This document shows, one piece after another, positions 1-11,746 of a stretch of DNA of 64,000 bases. Both the position numbers and the translations under genes were made by a program. Numbering within the stretch: the first letter of the stretch is position 1; each line of letters starts with the position of its first letter. The DNA is from Utricularia gibba (taxonomy: Eukaryota > Plantae > Magnoliophyta), in NCBI GenBank assembly GCA_002189035.1, contig NEEC01000015.1:1488001-1552000 (forward strand). The letters are read 5' to 3'. The notes below the pieces were generated by a model, which made no database searches, was not told where the DNA came from, and was given only the letters and a program-made list of their open reading frames with translations.

Positions 1-913
1 ACATGGATGGCGATTCATGGCAGCAATCCAGTAATTTAAGTACTGCTATGAAGTGCCAAACAAAGGCAACATCTGTTTTCACCAAAACAAGGGTTCTTGT
101 CCTGAAAAGAAAGCAGCAACTTTTACAGGATACCGTTCAGGAGACTTAACCAATGCCTGTGGTATGGGAGCAGGAAGGCTGCTTATGCAATGCTTAACCC
201 TGAGTAGCCCTGTTTCCAAACTGGACTGCGATCAAGATGATGATCAGAGAAGTCAAATCTCCAGCTTGTCCATAGCCGATAGTGTCGAACCAACTCTTTC
301 CCAAAGCATCACCTTTGATCACCAGAGAAGATCTAAAACAAGTTCAGCTAATGGAGTGAACTGGGAACGTGCTGCACTTGATGCGTCCCCTAGCACTATT
401 GGAGGGTCTGCTTTATCCCTTCATTATGCAAATGTGATCATAGTAATCGAGAAGCTTCTCCGATATCCACATCTGATCGGGGAAGAAGCTAGACACGAGC
501 TATACCAGATGCTCCCAACCAGCCTTCGAAAGAAGCTGAAGAAAAATCTGAAGTCATACACAAAAGATTTAGCAATTTATGATGCCCCAGTTGCTCATGA
601 CTGGAGTGAGCGTCTTGAACATGTGCTCAAGTGGCTCAGCCCGCTTGCACACAACACGATCAGGTGGCAAAGTGAGCGAAACTTTGAGCAGCAGCAGATC
701 GTCAGCAGGACAAATGTACTTTTGCTTCAGACATTATACTTTGCTGACAGAGAAAAAACAGAAACAGCAATTTGTGAACTTCTTGTCGGATTGAACTACA
801 TCTGCAGATACGAGCAACAGCAAAATGCTTTGCTGGATTGCGCAAGCAGTTTTGACTTCGAAGACTGCACTGAGTGGCAGCCACAGTTCGCTGCTACTGC
901 TACATTTCATTAG
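1..913 (+). CDS. PSK SIMULATOR-like DUF3475/DUF668 protein, 3' part (5' end lies outside the window)
   Basis: ORF 53-913 carries the DUF668 signature GGSALSLHYANVIIVIEKLLRYPHLIGEEARHELYQMLPTSLR...WLSPLAHNTIRWQSERNFEQQ...LLLQTLYFADREKTE. An in-frame TAA at 32-34 suggests a frameshift or splice site near 40-60. Confidence 0.9.
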
Positions 914-1298
914 TGATGCGTAGTTGAAGTATAGAGTGATTTTATGTTGACATTTGTAACCACTTGTCATATTTGTGATACTTCATCTGTTTCAAAGCAG
1001 ATCACTTGTTCTTTTTCTGAAAACAAGGGTGTATTCCATTCGAATGCCTATAAGATTCCAAATAGAAAAAATGTAAAATGGTAAAAGTTTTGTGTACAAG
1101 ATGAAGTGGGATGTATTTTAGAATTGAGTTGTGTTTTGAGAAATTTATCCATCATATTACATATGTTCCTCATCCAAAATTGGAAACCATGTGCCACAAA
1201 AATGACAGTTTTATTATAGCAAAATGAGGGCAGGTAAAGCTGCTTATTGACCTTCGTTTCACGACAACTGTGTAGTTGCCGTACGGTCGCTCTCTTCC

Positions 1299-1709
1299 TC
1301 ACTGACTATTTGTCCTAGTAATTTGCCATGGAGCGAACCGGAGGAGTTCCTTGGAATGCAGCCACGGCTTCACTACTACAACCGCGTTGAAGTTGTTGGC
1401 CTCTCCGCCGTGTGCGGTGGTGGCTCTGATCGTAAGATAATACTTCACTCCGGCAACGACTTGCGTCTCTGCTCTCACCACCTCCGTGAACACCAGCAAT
1501 TTGCTGCTGCTGCTGCGGCTTGCGTTGATCGTCCTCCGGTTGTATTCTCTGACGCAGAATCTCCCCAGTTCCTGTATCTCTTCATTGGATTCAACGTGCT
1601 TCACTTCCCTGCGGCCTCCCACTCTCCCTCCCGCAGAAACCGCCTCCTGCACGCACATCAGTAAAGTAAATCCCCATACGAGGACTAACAGGGCTCTGGC
1701 TTTCTCCAT
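1299..1709 (-). CDS. Secreted phytocystatin (cysteine protease inhibitor), intronless
   Basis: ATG at 1709 (MEKARALLVLVWGF..., signal peptide); LGRFCV (LARFAV-type motif), QVVAG and PW motifs; stop at 1299. Confidence 0.93.
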   Translation of the reverse strand: MEKARALLVLVWGFTLLMCVQEAVSAGGRVGGRREVKHVESNEEIQELGRFCVREYNRRTINASRSSSSKLLVFTEVVRAETQVVAGVKYYLTIRATTAHGGEANNFNAVVVVKPWLHSKELLRFAPWQITRTNSQ

Positions 1710-2746
1710 TGCAACCTTCTCTTCTTCCCCCTTTTGATGCCTTTCTTCCACAGAAAACCTTGTAATTGTCGCAGTCACGAGGATGAGGATGAGAATGAGA
1801 ATGAGGCGGATTTATACGCATGATTGAGCAGGTGGCAGAGCACAGAAGAGGAGGTGGCAACTTCAAGGCGCCGCGTCTCTTGATAGGATTTCTCTGGTGA
1901 ATGTGTTGTGTTGGTGAATCCGGACAAAATGTGTCGATATTACCAAAAGGATTTCAATTGGGAATTGAGCAGTTCATTTTTGGAACGTGACACATTATCT
2001 TCTATCAATTATCAGCTGCCAACAATCTCTTTATCCTCATACTTTTTACAACTCGTGCTGTGTGAGTGTCTGCGTCTGTGTTTTGCTTTTTTTTTTTAGT
2101 GAGTTAAGTAGCTAAATGAAAAAAGAAAGAGATGGGGAAGCGATTAGACCCACATACTGTGTGTGCTCACAGAATAGAATACAAATGCGATTGCACAATA
2201 CATATGGACCTCCACCTGTTAGCCGGTTTTTTCCCAGAGGAGCTCGCTTCCACTCCAGCTCCCCCATCTGTAACCCATTTTAAAAGCTTTTACAAGGGAA
2301 TTCAATGGATGGGTTTCCCCCATCTCACTCAAAACAGATAAAGTTGTCATCTTTAAGTGATTTCTACCAACAAAAAGAAAACTTTTATAACGCACAGTAA
2401 AAGATAGAACGAGGTTCTTGACTTGAATGTTTCTAGTTAATTGTACCAAGGGAATTGAAGTTTTTTTTTTTTTTCTTGAATACGATGTACAAATTGTAAC
2501 GTAGGGAATTAAATATGATTGAAAATGAAGTAGAGAATCCCTTTATTTCTTTGGAGGGCTCCCCCTCCTCATACTTCGTGGAAATTAAGGTTGGAAGAAG
2601 CCTGAAAAAGATGGATGGTGGGGAAGGGAAGGTGACGCTTTCAATGTCGTTGTACTCATTTCCTGATCCAATGGCCAGGATTTCTCTCTTCATCCACTGC
2701 TCATAAACCTCAAGCTCTCATCCTTTTAACCACCATCCCACACAAA

Positions 2747-3052
2747 ATGAATCATAAGACCATTTTCCATCTTCTCATTCTATCCTTCTACTTTCTTCAG
2801 ATCTTGAGAGGGGTCTCCGATTTGGAGGTTTACTCGGGCAGATCCGTGGAGTTAGATGCGCCCCTCGAATCCGGGAGCGGCAGAAGAAGGTTCCTGGTGC
2901 AGAAGAAATACATCAGTTACGACACTTTGACACGGGACTCGGTGCCCTGTGATCGCCCTGGTGCTTCTTATTACAATTGCAGGGGTCGTGGCGTAGCAAA
3001 TTTCTACAACAGAGGTTGCCAGATTATTACCAGATGCGTCCGGGGAGACTGA
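2747..3052 (+). CDS. RALF: RALF peptide precursor (RALFL24/32-like)
   Basis: Signal peptide, RRFL site-1-protease cleavage site, YISY motif, four Cys (PCDRPGASYYNC...RGCQIITRC). Confidence 0.95.
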   Translation: MNHKTIFHLLILSFYFLQILRGVSDLEVYSGRSVELDAPLESGSGRRRFLVQKKYISYDTLTRDSVPCDRPGASYYNCRGRGVANFYNRGCQIITRCVRGD

Positions 3053-3930
3053 TGAGGCTGGTAATTCGCGGTAAACTTCCAGGGCATCATCCTTATTAAC
3101 TTAAGTGGAATCATATGTCATCACTATGCTGTGTACCCATCTTATCTACCAAAGCATCATCTACTTCTTACTCTTCTTCCTCTTTCATTACTCTCATCAC
3201 GTTCTGTGCTTTCCTCTGGTTCACTCAACTTTTCTGTACTCCCTCCCAACACTTAGCCATCTTAAAAGCACAGCATCGTGTTTGTGTTTCCAGAACTGAG
3301 GGATACTCGAGTATTCTGACTGATAAAAAAAAACTCTTCCACTTTCGATTTTAACTTCTGTTGTGTGCATCTGATCTGCTTTCTTTTTCAACAGAACGAA
3401 TTCCTCCCTTGAAACGAAGTATATTTCTCTAGTTGGTTTTCCTAGTTTTTCGAGCAGACTGGGGCCTGTATGAATGAAGGTTTGGACAACGTAGATGAAC
3501 TGTCTTGTTAGGGACTTCCATACTGAACTTGTGGGGGTTTCATTTCGATATACATCGGACCACTTATTTAATACAATACATAGACAGATCAGAATTCATT
3601 GTCTGTTGTCCAAACGTGATAGCTTGATTGCTAGCAACTGGAGAAAAGTGGGTGGCAGCCGATTTAATTCCGAGTGAAACGTACCTCGATTCGTTATCCA
3701 TGTTGATTCAGAACATACTCAGGATTGGCATCTCGTAAGAAACAACATATTCGCTAGTTTGAATCGATGAAGGCGTTAGATTATACAGATCAAACACGAG
3801 CAATAGCTATGATATTCGAAATATGAAAGTATACAAGATCATCATCTGCGGTATGCAAGGCATGCTTCAACATAGTAGATAAGCATCACTAGTAGAACCA
3901 AGGGAAATAAATACTGGATAACACATAGAA

Positions 3931-4511
3931 TTAGACGTGATGGTGCTTCTTGTGGTGGTGCTTCTTGTGCTTATTTTTCTCATGATGCTCATGCCAAGCA
4001 TAGCCTCCAGCCGCCACGGCAGCCGCAGCCGCAATCTCTGCTTCTGTCTTGTGTCGTCGGGCGTGCTCGGGATCTGTTTTCACCTTGTGCTTCTCATACT
4101 GCAACAACAGTAATAACATCAAGGCGTCACTTCTACATCCCAATTCCATATACCACCTCATGGCACACACAGAAACCTCATAACCTCATGGAGTTGGCAT
4201 TTGGCCACCTCAAGAACCACCCCAATTCGAGGCGTGAGGCAAAAGCTCATATTCTATATTGAAATTTAGGGTTTTATGGATCCGGAGGACTGCATGCAAA
4301 GTGGTAAACAAACTTCTATCGATCTACTCATGCAACGTACCAGGGCGAAGGCACCAGCGGCAGCCGCTGCGATCTCAGCGAGATGCTCGTTGCGACTGTG
4401 TTGTTTCATTTCCTGCTGCCAGTTCTGGTTCTGGAAGTAGCTGCTGTTTTGGTCATGCTGCTGCTGTTGGTGGGAGTGAAGCTTTCTGTGATGATGATGA
4501 TTCCAAGACAT
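3931..4511 (-). CDS. ASR: ABA/stress/ripening (ASR, ABA-WDS) protein, 2 exons, 112 aa
   Basis: Exon 1 4511-4341 (...[16 protein letters not shown]|GTACGT), exon 2 4098-3931 (CAG|[39 protein letters not shown]...). The intron position is typical of ASR genes. Confidence 0.92.
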
Positions 4512-5029
4512 TTCAAAGCAGCGCAGGTGTCTGTAGTGCTGTGTTGTGTATCTGCAGCGAAGAGGGCGAGCAGTGCATACAATATATAGAGAAAACGCGA
4601 CATGGAAACTGGAAAGCAGCTTCTTCCCTTTTCACAGAAGTCAAAGAGTTTGGTTAGACAAATGCAATGGCTACTTCCCGAGATGTACAACGGCTACGCG
4701 TCTGCTTACGAGTTAAGTCACGACTCTAAATGAAAACCCTATTTGTTGCTAGAAGCGTAACGACAAAATATCATAGCTAAGTGATTCGAAATTTTAAAAC
4801 GTAAAAATAATCAAATGAAGACTATCATTTATTTATCTTAAATTTAAAATAATTTTAATTTTCAAATTTATTTTTTAACTTAATGAAATTAGAGATAATT
4901 ATGTGTAATAATTTAATACATGATTTTGATTCAAGTTTGAAAAATAAAATTTGAAGAATAAAAAATAGCGTCTAATATAAAAAAATTTGTATTATTTTAT
5001 TTATTTTTTAATACTTCATATTTTGAAGC

Positions 5030-5270
5030 TGTGTTGATTTACCGATGATTGAAACCGATTAACCATTTTTTAACAAGTTTTCAATTAATCGGACAAATTT
5101 CCAGTTCTATGAGATATGGTATCTAAATGACATCATCATTGCATTCCATTTTATTTAAAGTTATCACCTTTTTTTTGATTGGTCAAATCTGATTTTAATT
5201 GATCAAAACCGGATTTTGAACCGGTCTCATACCGATTTGATTTATAATACCGGTTTGAAAACATAGTTTT
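5030..5270. mobile_element. Possible degenerate MITE-like remnant
   Basis: AT-rich intergenic DNA with clustered AACCG/ACCGGT/CCGGTTTGAAAAC motifs resembling ends of common eudicot MITEs. No matching second TIR or TSD found. Confidence 0.25.
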
Positions 5271-5860
5271 GAAGCATTTTGAAAGGAAACCAACATGAAG
5301 ATAGATTTAGAAGCTTCTTAACATTACATAAAAAATGTACTTTTTATAATGAAAAAGAATTCAAGTCAATTGACTAATACACTTTGAAGATGTTTGATTG
5401 GTGGAATTAAATAAATTAACAACAGGTTTAACTTAATAGATAGATGTTTAGTTTCAACAAAGCTAGAAGTTCTTACACTTACCTAATCCTACTAACCATA
5501 CCTAATTATTTAATTAAAATCAAACAAAATTATTAAAGCCAAAACCTTTTTAAAATCATATAAAAAACCACAAGCTACCAAACAGAGGCTTCTTTATTTT
5601 ACAAGGGATTAGATGCAATAAAAATAGACCTTGGTTCAATGATGCAGGCAGGTTCACTTTAAAGCTTGAAAAGTCAAAGAACAGGTCTCTTGGGTTCATT
5701 GGTTTTTAATTTGATGAGATAAAATAAACATACATGCCTTTCAAAGAACTTGCATCCAGAAAACAGCGCCTTACAGATGGACAGAGCTCATCAAAGTCAG
5801 AAGAAAAAAAAAAAAGAAATTTAGTTGACAATAACCATGTGTTGCTATGCTTACAGGCAG

Positions 5861-8799
5861 TTAGTTGTTCACGGACGCATCAATACAAGCTAAGAAGGTC
5901 ACCTTTGGGGGCAGCAAAGTCTGCACGATGTTATTTGTTGTTAGCGTCATAAGAAGGGGGACTTTGCATTAGTTTTAAAGGGGTCAAATGCGTACTGGGA
6001 TTCTGCAGTGAGCATCAAGATCGTACTTCAGTTGTCTGAGACGCTCTTTTGCTCGATTTTCTGTTTCCGCTGCTCTCTCACATGCTTGGCTTATGTCAAC
6101 CTGCCAAACAAATCAGGGAATCATGTTCTGTTTATTTATCTAAAATGAATGCAGTAGATTATAGACCGAGAGTAAAAGATGCATGGTTAAGAATCACTTG
6201 TAGCTCAAGTAGTGTACTCACAGGACTTCGTTGTTCAGGACATGAGCTTCTCTCCAACAAAAGGCGAAGGCTTGCTAACTCTTTTATCAACTCCAGTGTG
6301 ATCTCTTCTGCATCAAACATTTGGTTCTGCGAGAACTCGAAGTTCTTCTCAGCATGAAGTCGAAAAGATGAGCAACTCAGACAACTGCACAGCCCTCTGC
6401 ACCCGAGTTTGTTTCGCTTCAGTATGCCCTTCGATGGGGCACTGCTGGTCTGCAAAGGCAATATATTATGTGGATTTTCAAATGATGGTCCAGTCATCTG
6501 AAAACCAATGTCCATGTCTGAACAAGTTTTTCTCTTCCCTGAACCAACTGCGTTCTTGAAATCCTGTTTCTGATCTAAAAGAACTTCGAGCTTTCCAGGA
6601 CTATCTGGATGAATGGGCGTTTCAGGAACATGTAATGCTACGGCAAGCGCTTCACCATTCGATTGCACGCTCATGCTTTGTGAAGATGACTGTGGTACTT
6701 GAACAACGGTATTTGGTGGACGCTGTTCACGGCAGGATTCCTGTTGTTTGAATGAACTTTGGTCATTATCAGCAGCTCCTGGTGAAGAATTTGTATCTGC
6801 TACTAAATTCTTCTCTGAAAGCGTGATCTGTTTCACACTCGAGTCACCTAAAGAGAAAGGTTGACATCAGCAAACAACTCACATATCATGTCATGTAACT
6901 TTGTTAACAAAGCAAAATTTACTTTCAGGATAAAGGACGAACCACGAATATTCTTGGAAATATCCATCAGATAAGGAAGAAGCTTCCTGTAGCTAACTGA
7001 TCTTTGGTTGTTGAAAAGCCGCCGCCGAGAGCAAGGAGCAAGTATCTACGCAGATGCAGTGAGTCAAATCCAGTACAAGAATATCTACTAACCAGGAAAA
7101 AATTACACAAAGCTATTCAATGAACAAATCCAATGTTGCAGTCAGGCAACACCATGAAGGTAAAAAATTCAGTAAGTTGTACCCGTTTTTTCAAAGAAGA
7201 CTCAGGTTTAGAAGGTGAACTGCGTTTAAGGACATCATGAACTGGGCAGCTACTGCTGTTTGGATTATCAGCAGGAATAGTAGACATGCATTCAAATTCT
7301 GTTCTCTTGAACATTTCAGGATCCGGAGGAGTCATCTGTCTATACTCTTCTCTTTCTGAAGCCATAAATCTTTTAGAATCAACTTGGTGAATCTCATGTC
7401 TTACCTTTTGAGGTGACACAGTTTCTACTATCTGATTCAGTTCATTCTCCATGGTTAAACGCGGACGCTTGGGGTCATCCTGAATTTCAGACTTGGGTTT
7501 TGAATCGCCTGCATTACATTTATTTTGTATGCATTCAGTGCTGATCCAAAGTATTAAAAATTCATAACTAGAAGAACTTTAACGGAGGAGAACTGACCGA
7601 GGGCATCACTCAGAATTCCCACGACATAAGGAAGCATTCTTCTGTAGCTGAATGAAGTGGAATATGAAAAAACCTTCATCTTTCCATTAGCAAGAGCCTG
7701 AACCGAATACTGGTATTAAGTTAAATACAGAAATAAGGATACAAATGAGGGACACACTTGTTAAAGTCTGACAGCTTCACTTATTCACTGAAAGAAAACT
7801 GGAAATGAAAATACCCTTTTAGTATTGGAAGCAGATTGTAAAATTGCTTTATCGTTTGAATTCAGACTATTTTTTGCGTCAGTATCAACTTGTCCTGCAT
7901 CAGCAAGCGCTGCTAAAGTTTCAGGTTTTTGAATGTTGTCAACCCGCTCCTGCTCAACCACCATCTCCGGCGAGCAGGAAGATCCTTTGTATTTTTCTAG
8001 ACAAAGCGACACCTGGGACTTCTCTAACCTTCCATCGCCTTCTTCAGTGCATTCCTCAGACAATGATGTTATAGATCCAGTACCATTGGGCTTGTCAACT
8101 TGCTCAACCATAGTCTTGGGGAATAGCAGGATCCCTCATCCTTCTGTGGATCAACTAAGTTCAACCGCGTCTGAGCCTCCTGGTGCTCTTGTTCTGCCAG
8201 ACTCTCTTCGGAAGCTGCTTCAAAAGTTTCAGATTCTTTGACATTGCCGGCTAGATCAACCATAATCCCGGGGAACAAGAAGACCCTTCGTCTTTTTCTG
8301 GAAAATTTGCGTCCAAAAGCAATTGGGCCTCTTCATTTTTCTGGATCTCTTCGTGTTGAACCCTATCACAGACAGTCGCTACAATTCCAGATCTTTCAAA
8401 ACTCTCAGCCTGCTGGGCCTCCTGGTTCACTTCTTTCTCCGATCTGTCTTCGGAAGCTGGTGCGATGGTTACAGATTCTTCGAGATCGCCAACCCTAATC
8501 TCCCCAGAAAAAGAAGAAGGGTCACCTGTCGCTGGACCAATTGAGCTACAAAACATCTGAGCCTTCACAATCTCCGATTTCTCTCCTTCTTCAACAGCAA
8601 GTAAATTTTGCATAGGAGAAAAAACCCTTCTAGACCGGATATCTCTGACACGCAGATTATATCCCGAAGTAGGAGCAGACATTCTATGAACGATTTGGGG
8701 ACGCCCAAATCCAGATCGGTTGAGGTGCAAGGTGTTGCTGCGGGTCAAAGGTCCGCAATTCGAAGGTGAAGGCTTCCTGCCGCCCTTCAGCTTCGCCAT
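5861..8799 (-). CDS. Conserved uncharacterised plant protein (twin SYRRxLPY motifs, C-terminal Cys-rich motif); two apparent frameshifts in exon 1
   Basis: ATG 8799; N-terminal RVRDIRSRRVFSP; exon 1 ends 7815 (AGG|GTATTT); exon from 7697 ALANGKMKVFSYSTSFSYRRMLPY; exon at about 7045-6956 ILAPCSRRRLFNNQRSVSYRKLLPYLMDI; exon with KGILKRNKLGCRGLCSCLSCSSFRLHAEKNFEFSQNQM; final exons VDISQACERAAETENRAKERLRQLKYDLDAHCRIP and TLLPPKVTF...NN*, TAA at 5861-5863. Confidence 0.82.
7940..8520 (-). repeat. Four degenerate copies of an in-exon motif, SS(C/F)S(P/G)x(I/M)xV(D/E/G)
   Basis: Copies at about 8500, 8270, 8115 and 7965. The shared plus-strand core TCAACCA lies at 8256, 8104 and 7954 (spacing 152 and 150 nt). 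Confidence 0.7.
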
Positions 8800-8853
8800 G
8801 GAAATGGATGCGCAAGTCTACCGAACAGATCCCGAGCTTGAATGATGCAGGGT

Positions 8854-8908
8854 TTTGGCGCCATGTTATGGAGGGAAAATCAGCGTCTACGCTCTTTATG
8901 GCGGGAAA
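8854..8908 (-). promoter_or_regulatory. Two canonical E2F-binding motifs upstream of the uncharacterised gene
   Basis: TTTGGCGC at 8854-8861 (+) and TTTCCCGCC (reverse of GGCGGGAAA at 8900-8908), 55-110 nt upstream of ATG 8799. Confidence 0.65.
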
Positions 8909-9098
8909 TCAGGAGAGATAAGGGTTAAAAGCGTCATTCAAAATATTCCGTCTAAAAAATTAATATTTTTAAAAGATGAAAAAAATTAAAAATAAATTTC
9001 ATGAAAATTTTAATAATTTTATTATAAAGCGATTCAAAATTTAAAATAATTCAATCAAGAAATGTTAATTATTAAGCCCTAAATCCACGAAATGAAAA

Positions 9099-10971
9099 TT
9101 ATTCTCCAATGAGAACAAGTGTATGATCAAAACCTGCTACCGCTTGCAGGGTCTCACAGCCCTCCGGACCGTCGATCTCAACCATCACCGGTTCAAGTTC
9201 GTCCATGGAGCCACCAGATCCAAGACGGCCATCGCGACCGCACCCCCAGCTCCAAACCCTTTTCTCCGCCGTGGCTGCTAACGAATGCGCACGCCCTCCT
9301 GCTATCATCGTTACCTTTTCACCATCCATGCTATCGCTCTGAATTACACCAGGAACATCTTCTTTACCTCGTCTACCTAGCTGCCCGTTCGCGTTCCATC
9401 CCCAAGACAGAAGGCTGTTGTTTTCCTCACATATTGCCAGTGAATGCCCCAGCCCACATGCTATTTTCGTAACCCGGAGGCCTGTTTCCACCGGATGCAG
9501 CCCCATATCCTTCTTGGCTCTCCCTAGCTGCCCATACACATCACTTCCCCCGCTCAGAAGAGTTCCATCTCCTAAAATAATGAGCATGCTTTTCACAAGG
9601 GTGGTAAAGGGAGGGGTGAATCTAACATGCACTTTGAAGCACAATAGGATTCTAAAATTTGTAGATCATTACCGAATGAACCTGAAGAAAATGCTTTTGA
9701 ATGAAAGGAAGCTACTCACGGAGTAATACCAATGAGTGATCAAGCCCACAAGCAATATCGATAACTTGTGTATTGTCGACTTCTTCAACTAATGTCGGCT
9801 CCCAGATGATCGGCATAGCTTTTTCCTTCTCCACAGCTTCTAAAACCAAATCATTGGCTATTGCAGATGTATTTCGGGGTGCTTTGATTTTATCAGCTAC
9901 AGAATCCAGAGGAGATACCTCAAAGGGTCTGCCAATCTTCCCTAATCTACCATCAGCATAATAACCCCAGCCAAAGAGTTTTCCAGCATCAGTCAATGCA
10001 AGTGCATGCCCCCAACCAAATGACACCTGCAATACCATAGAGAAAAGGGCACAACCAAACTTAATAGAACATGTTGAAAAATGCTTTCAACCCTGTAACT
10101 TAGTGTTGTTATGAAAGAAAACATTTGTGCCTTCTTGCTGATTTATTTACTGTTGATTCTAACTAGAGCATCAATCAAAGGCCACCTTAAGGATAACTTC
10201 TCCAACCAGTGCTTCCACTCTAGCTGGCATGACAGATTCGCAAATATCCTGCCCAAGTCCTAGTTGCCCACGTTTAGATCTTCCCCATGCCCACAAGGAA
10301 CCATCTTCTACAATGACAGCAGATATTACACCAGACGCAAATGCAGACGCAACTCGTAGTTGATCTAATCCTTCTACTCTCTGTGGTGTGCTCCACATAT
10401 CTCTATAGAATGTTTAGAAATTCTTTAAACTCAAAGTTCCAAAGCACGAGAACATAAGAGACAGAAAAAAATACATCAATGCTTCCCAACTCCTACAACG
10501 ATAAAGATACTTTCAGCACACCAATGACAAGAAACCCACATGTGTATGACATGATTATTCATCAAAAATTGTCGGGCATATGATTTATTTTTCCTCATCT
10601 AAATTCGGACCCGAAAACTTTACGCACTCAACAGACCCAACGTAAAATTAATAGAGAAACCTAGGTGAACGGAGCCCGCGAGATAGCTGAAACTCAGAAT
10701 TGCGACCCCATGCCCAGAGTTCGCCGGAAGAAGTGACGGCCAGTGAATGGTAGTGGCCAGCAGCGACGCTGCTGACGTCGGAGGGGAGACCGGCGACAGG
10801 GATGGGCTCATAGGCTTGGACCCCCGGCGAAAGACCCAACGCGCCATGTGTGCCATCGCCGCAACTCATCACCGTCGAGAACGAACGCCAGGAAAAACTC
10901 CTTAACCCCACCGATTGCCATCGATTTGCAGCCTTCCGAACAAGAAATGGAACTTCTCCCATCCCACTCAT
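9099..10971 (-). CDS. RUG2: RCC1/UVR8/GEF-like repeat protein, organelle-targeted (RUG2-like), 4 exons
   Basis: Transit-peptide-like N-terminus, then TVMSCGDGTHGALG; RCC1 repeats (AAGHYHSLAV...WAWGRN; IACGLDHSL; AGGRAHSLA; VAGFDHTLVL). Exons 10971-10661, about 10404-10186, about 10029-9722 and about 9571-9099 join in frame. The paralogue assignment is less certain than the family. Confidence 0.85.
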
Positions 10972-11746
10972 TTCGGTTTACCCATCTCCCATCTTCCTTT
11001 TTTCTGGGTAGGTGCCCACAACCCACACGTACGCATGGCCCAACCAGTTGCCCTGCCCTAGTACTCCTCCAGTCTGGATTTACAGCGAGGTCAAATGGAG
11101 ACGAAGCCCAAGTACACTCCTCTCTAACCGTCATTAACTGTCGCATTAGTTCATAATAAAAGTGAATTACTAATAAAAACTCTTAATAATGATAATTATT
11201 AATTATTTAAATAATTAAAGTAAATTACTATACATTTTTAATATAAATTATCTATTAAAATATTCTTAAAAAGAAAATTTGCACAAAATTAAACCCTTAA
11301 CAAATCTAGTGGAATAAATTGAAAATTTTTTGAAATAAAAATGTTTGATATTTCCGATTAACAATGACATAAACCATAAAAATTAAAAATAATAAATATT
11401 AACACCGAAATAAAAAGCTCGTCCATTTAGCAGCCACCGCACCACTCACCACTACCACCACCATCTTTTTTGCTTTCTTACGTGCGTTTCAGATTCCTCT
11501 TCTCTTTGCGTTGCTTTGCTTTGCTTTGTTTGGCTTTGCTTTTTTTTTATATATATATTTATTTGCGTCTTTTCTTCATTCACCTTCTTCCCCACTTCTA
11601 CTTTGGAATTTCCATCTCTTACAAATACTCCTTCTTCTCATGCTAAGGTTAATCTCAAACTGAGAGGGCCTTCAGTTTTTCTTTTTCTTTGAAACCCCTT
11701 TTTTACTCACGGAAAAAAGGCTTCTTCTTTGCATGTTTGGCTTCTG

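Noticed and set aside
1323-1737. Plus-strand ORFs over the cystatin gene (likewise 51228-51605, 14516-14918, 18224-18424, 10808-11156)
   Set aside because: Antisense or alternative-frame shadows of GC-rich real exons, with no family motifs.
2515-2706. 63-aa ORF whose SSYFVEIKVG recalls an aspartic-protease N-terminus
   Set aside because: Only a short resemblance with no DTG motif or further exons. It lies in the RALF promoter.
1299-4511. Cystatin, RALF and ASR as a stress or defence mini-cluster
   Set aside because: No shared regulatory element or pathway link is visible. Adjacency is expected at this gene density.
7697-7742. GTATCCTT plus CTTAAT on the minus strand, resembling U12 intron signals
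   Set aside because: It would define a 46-nt intron, and the ordinary 118-nt GT-AG intron 7814-7698 already keeps the frame.
8267-8273. C CCG GGA on the coding strand fits an X XXY YYZ slippery pattern at a -1 frame change (programmed ribosomal frameshift)
   Set aside because: Y is G rather than A/U, the sister copy (C CCA AGA) does not fit, and identical breaks in other genes point to assembly error.
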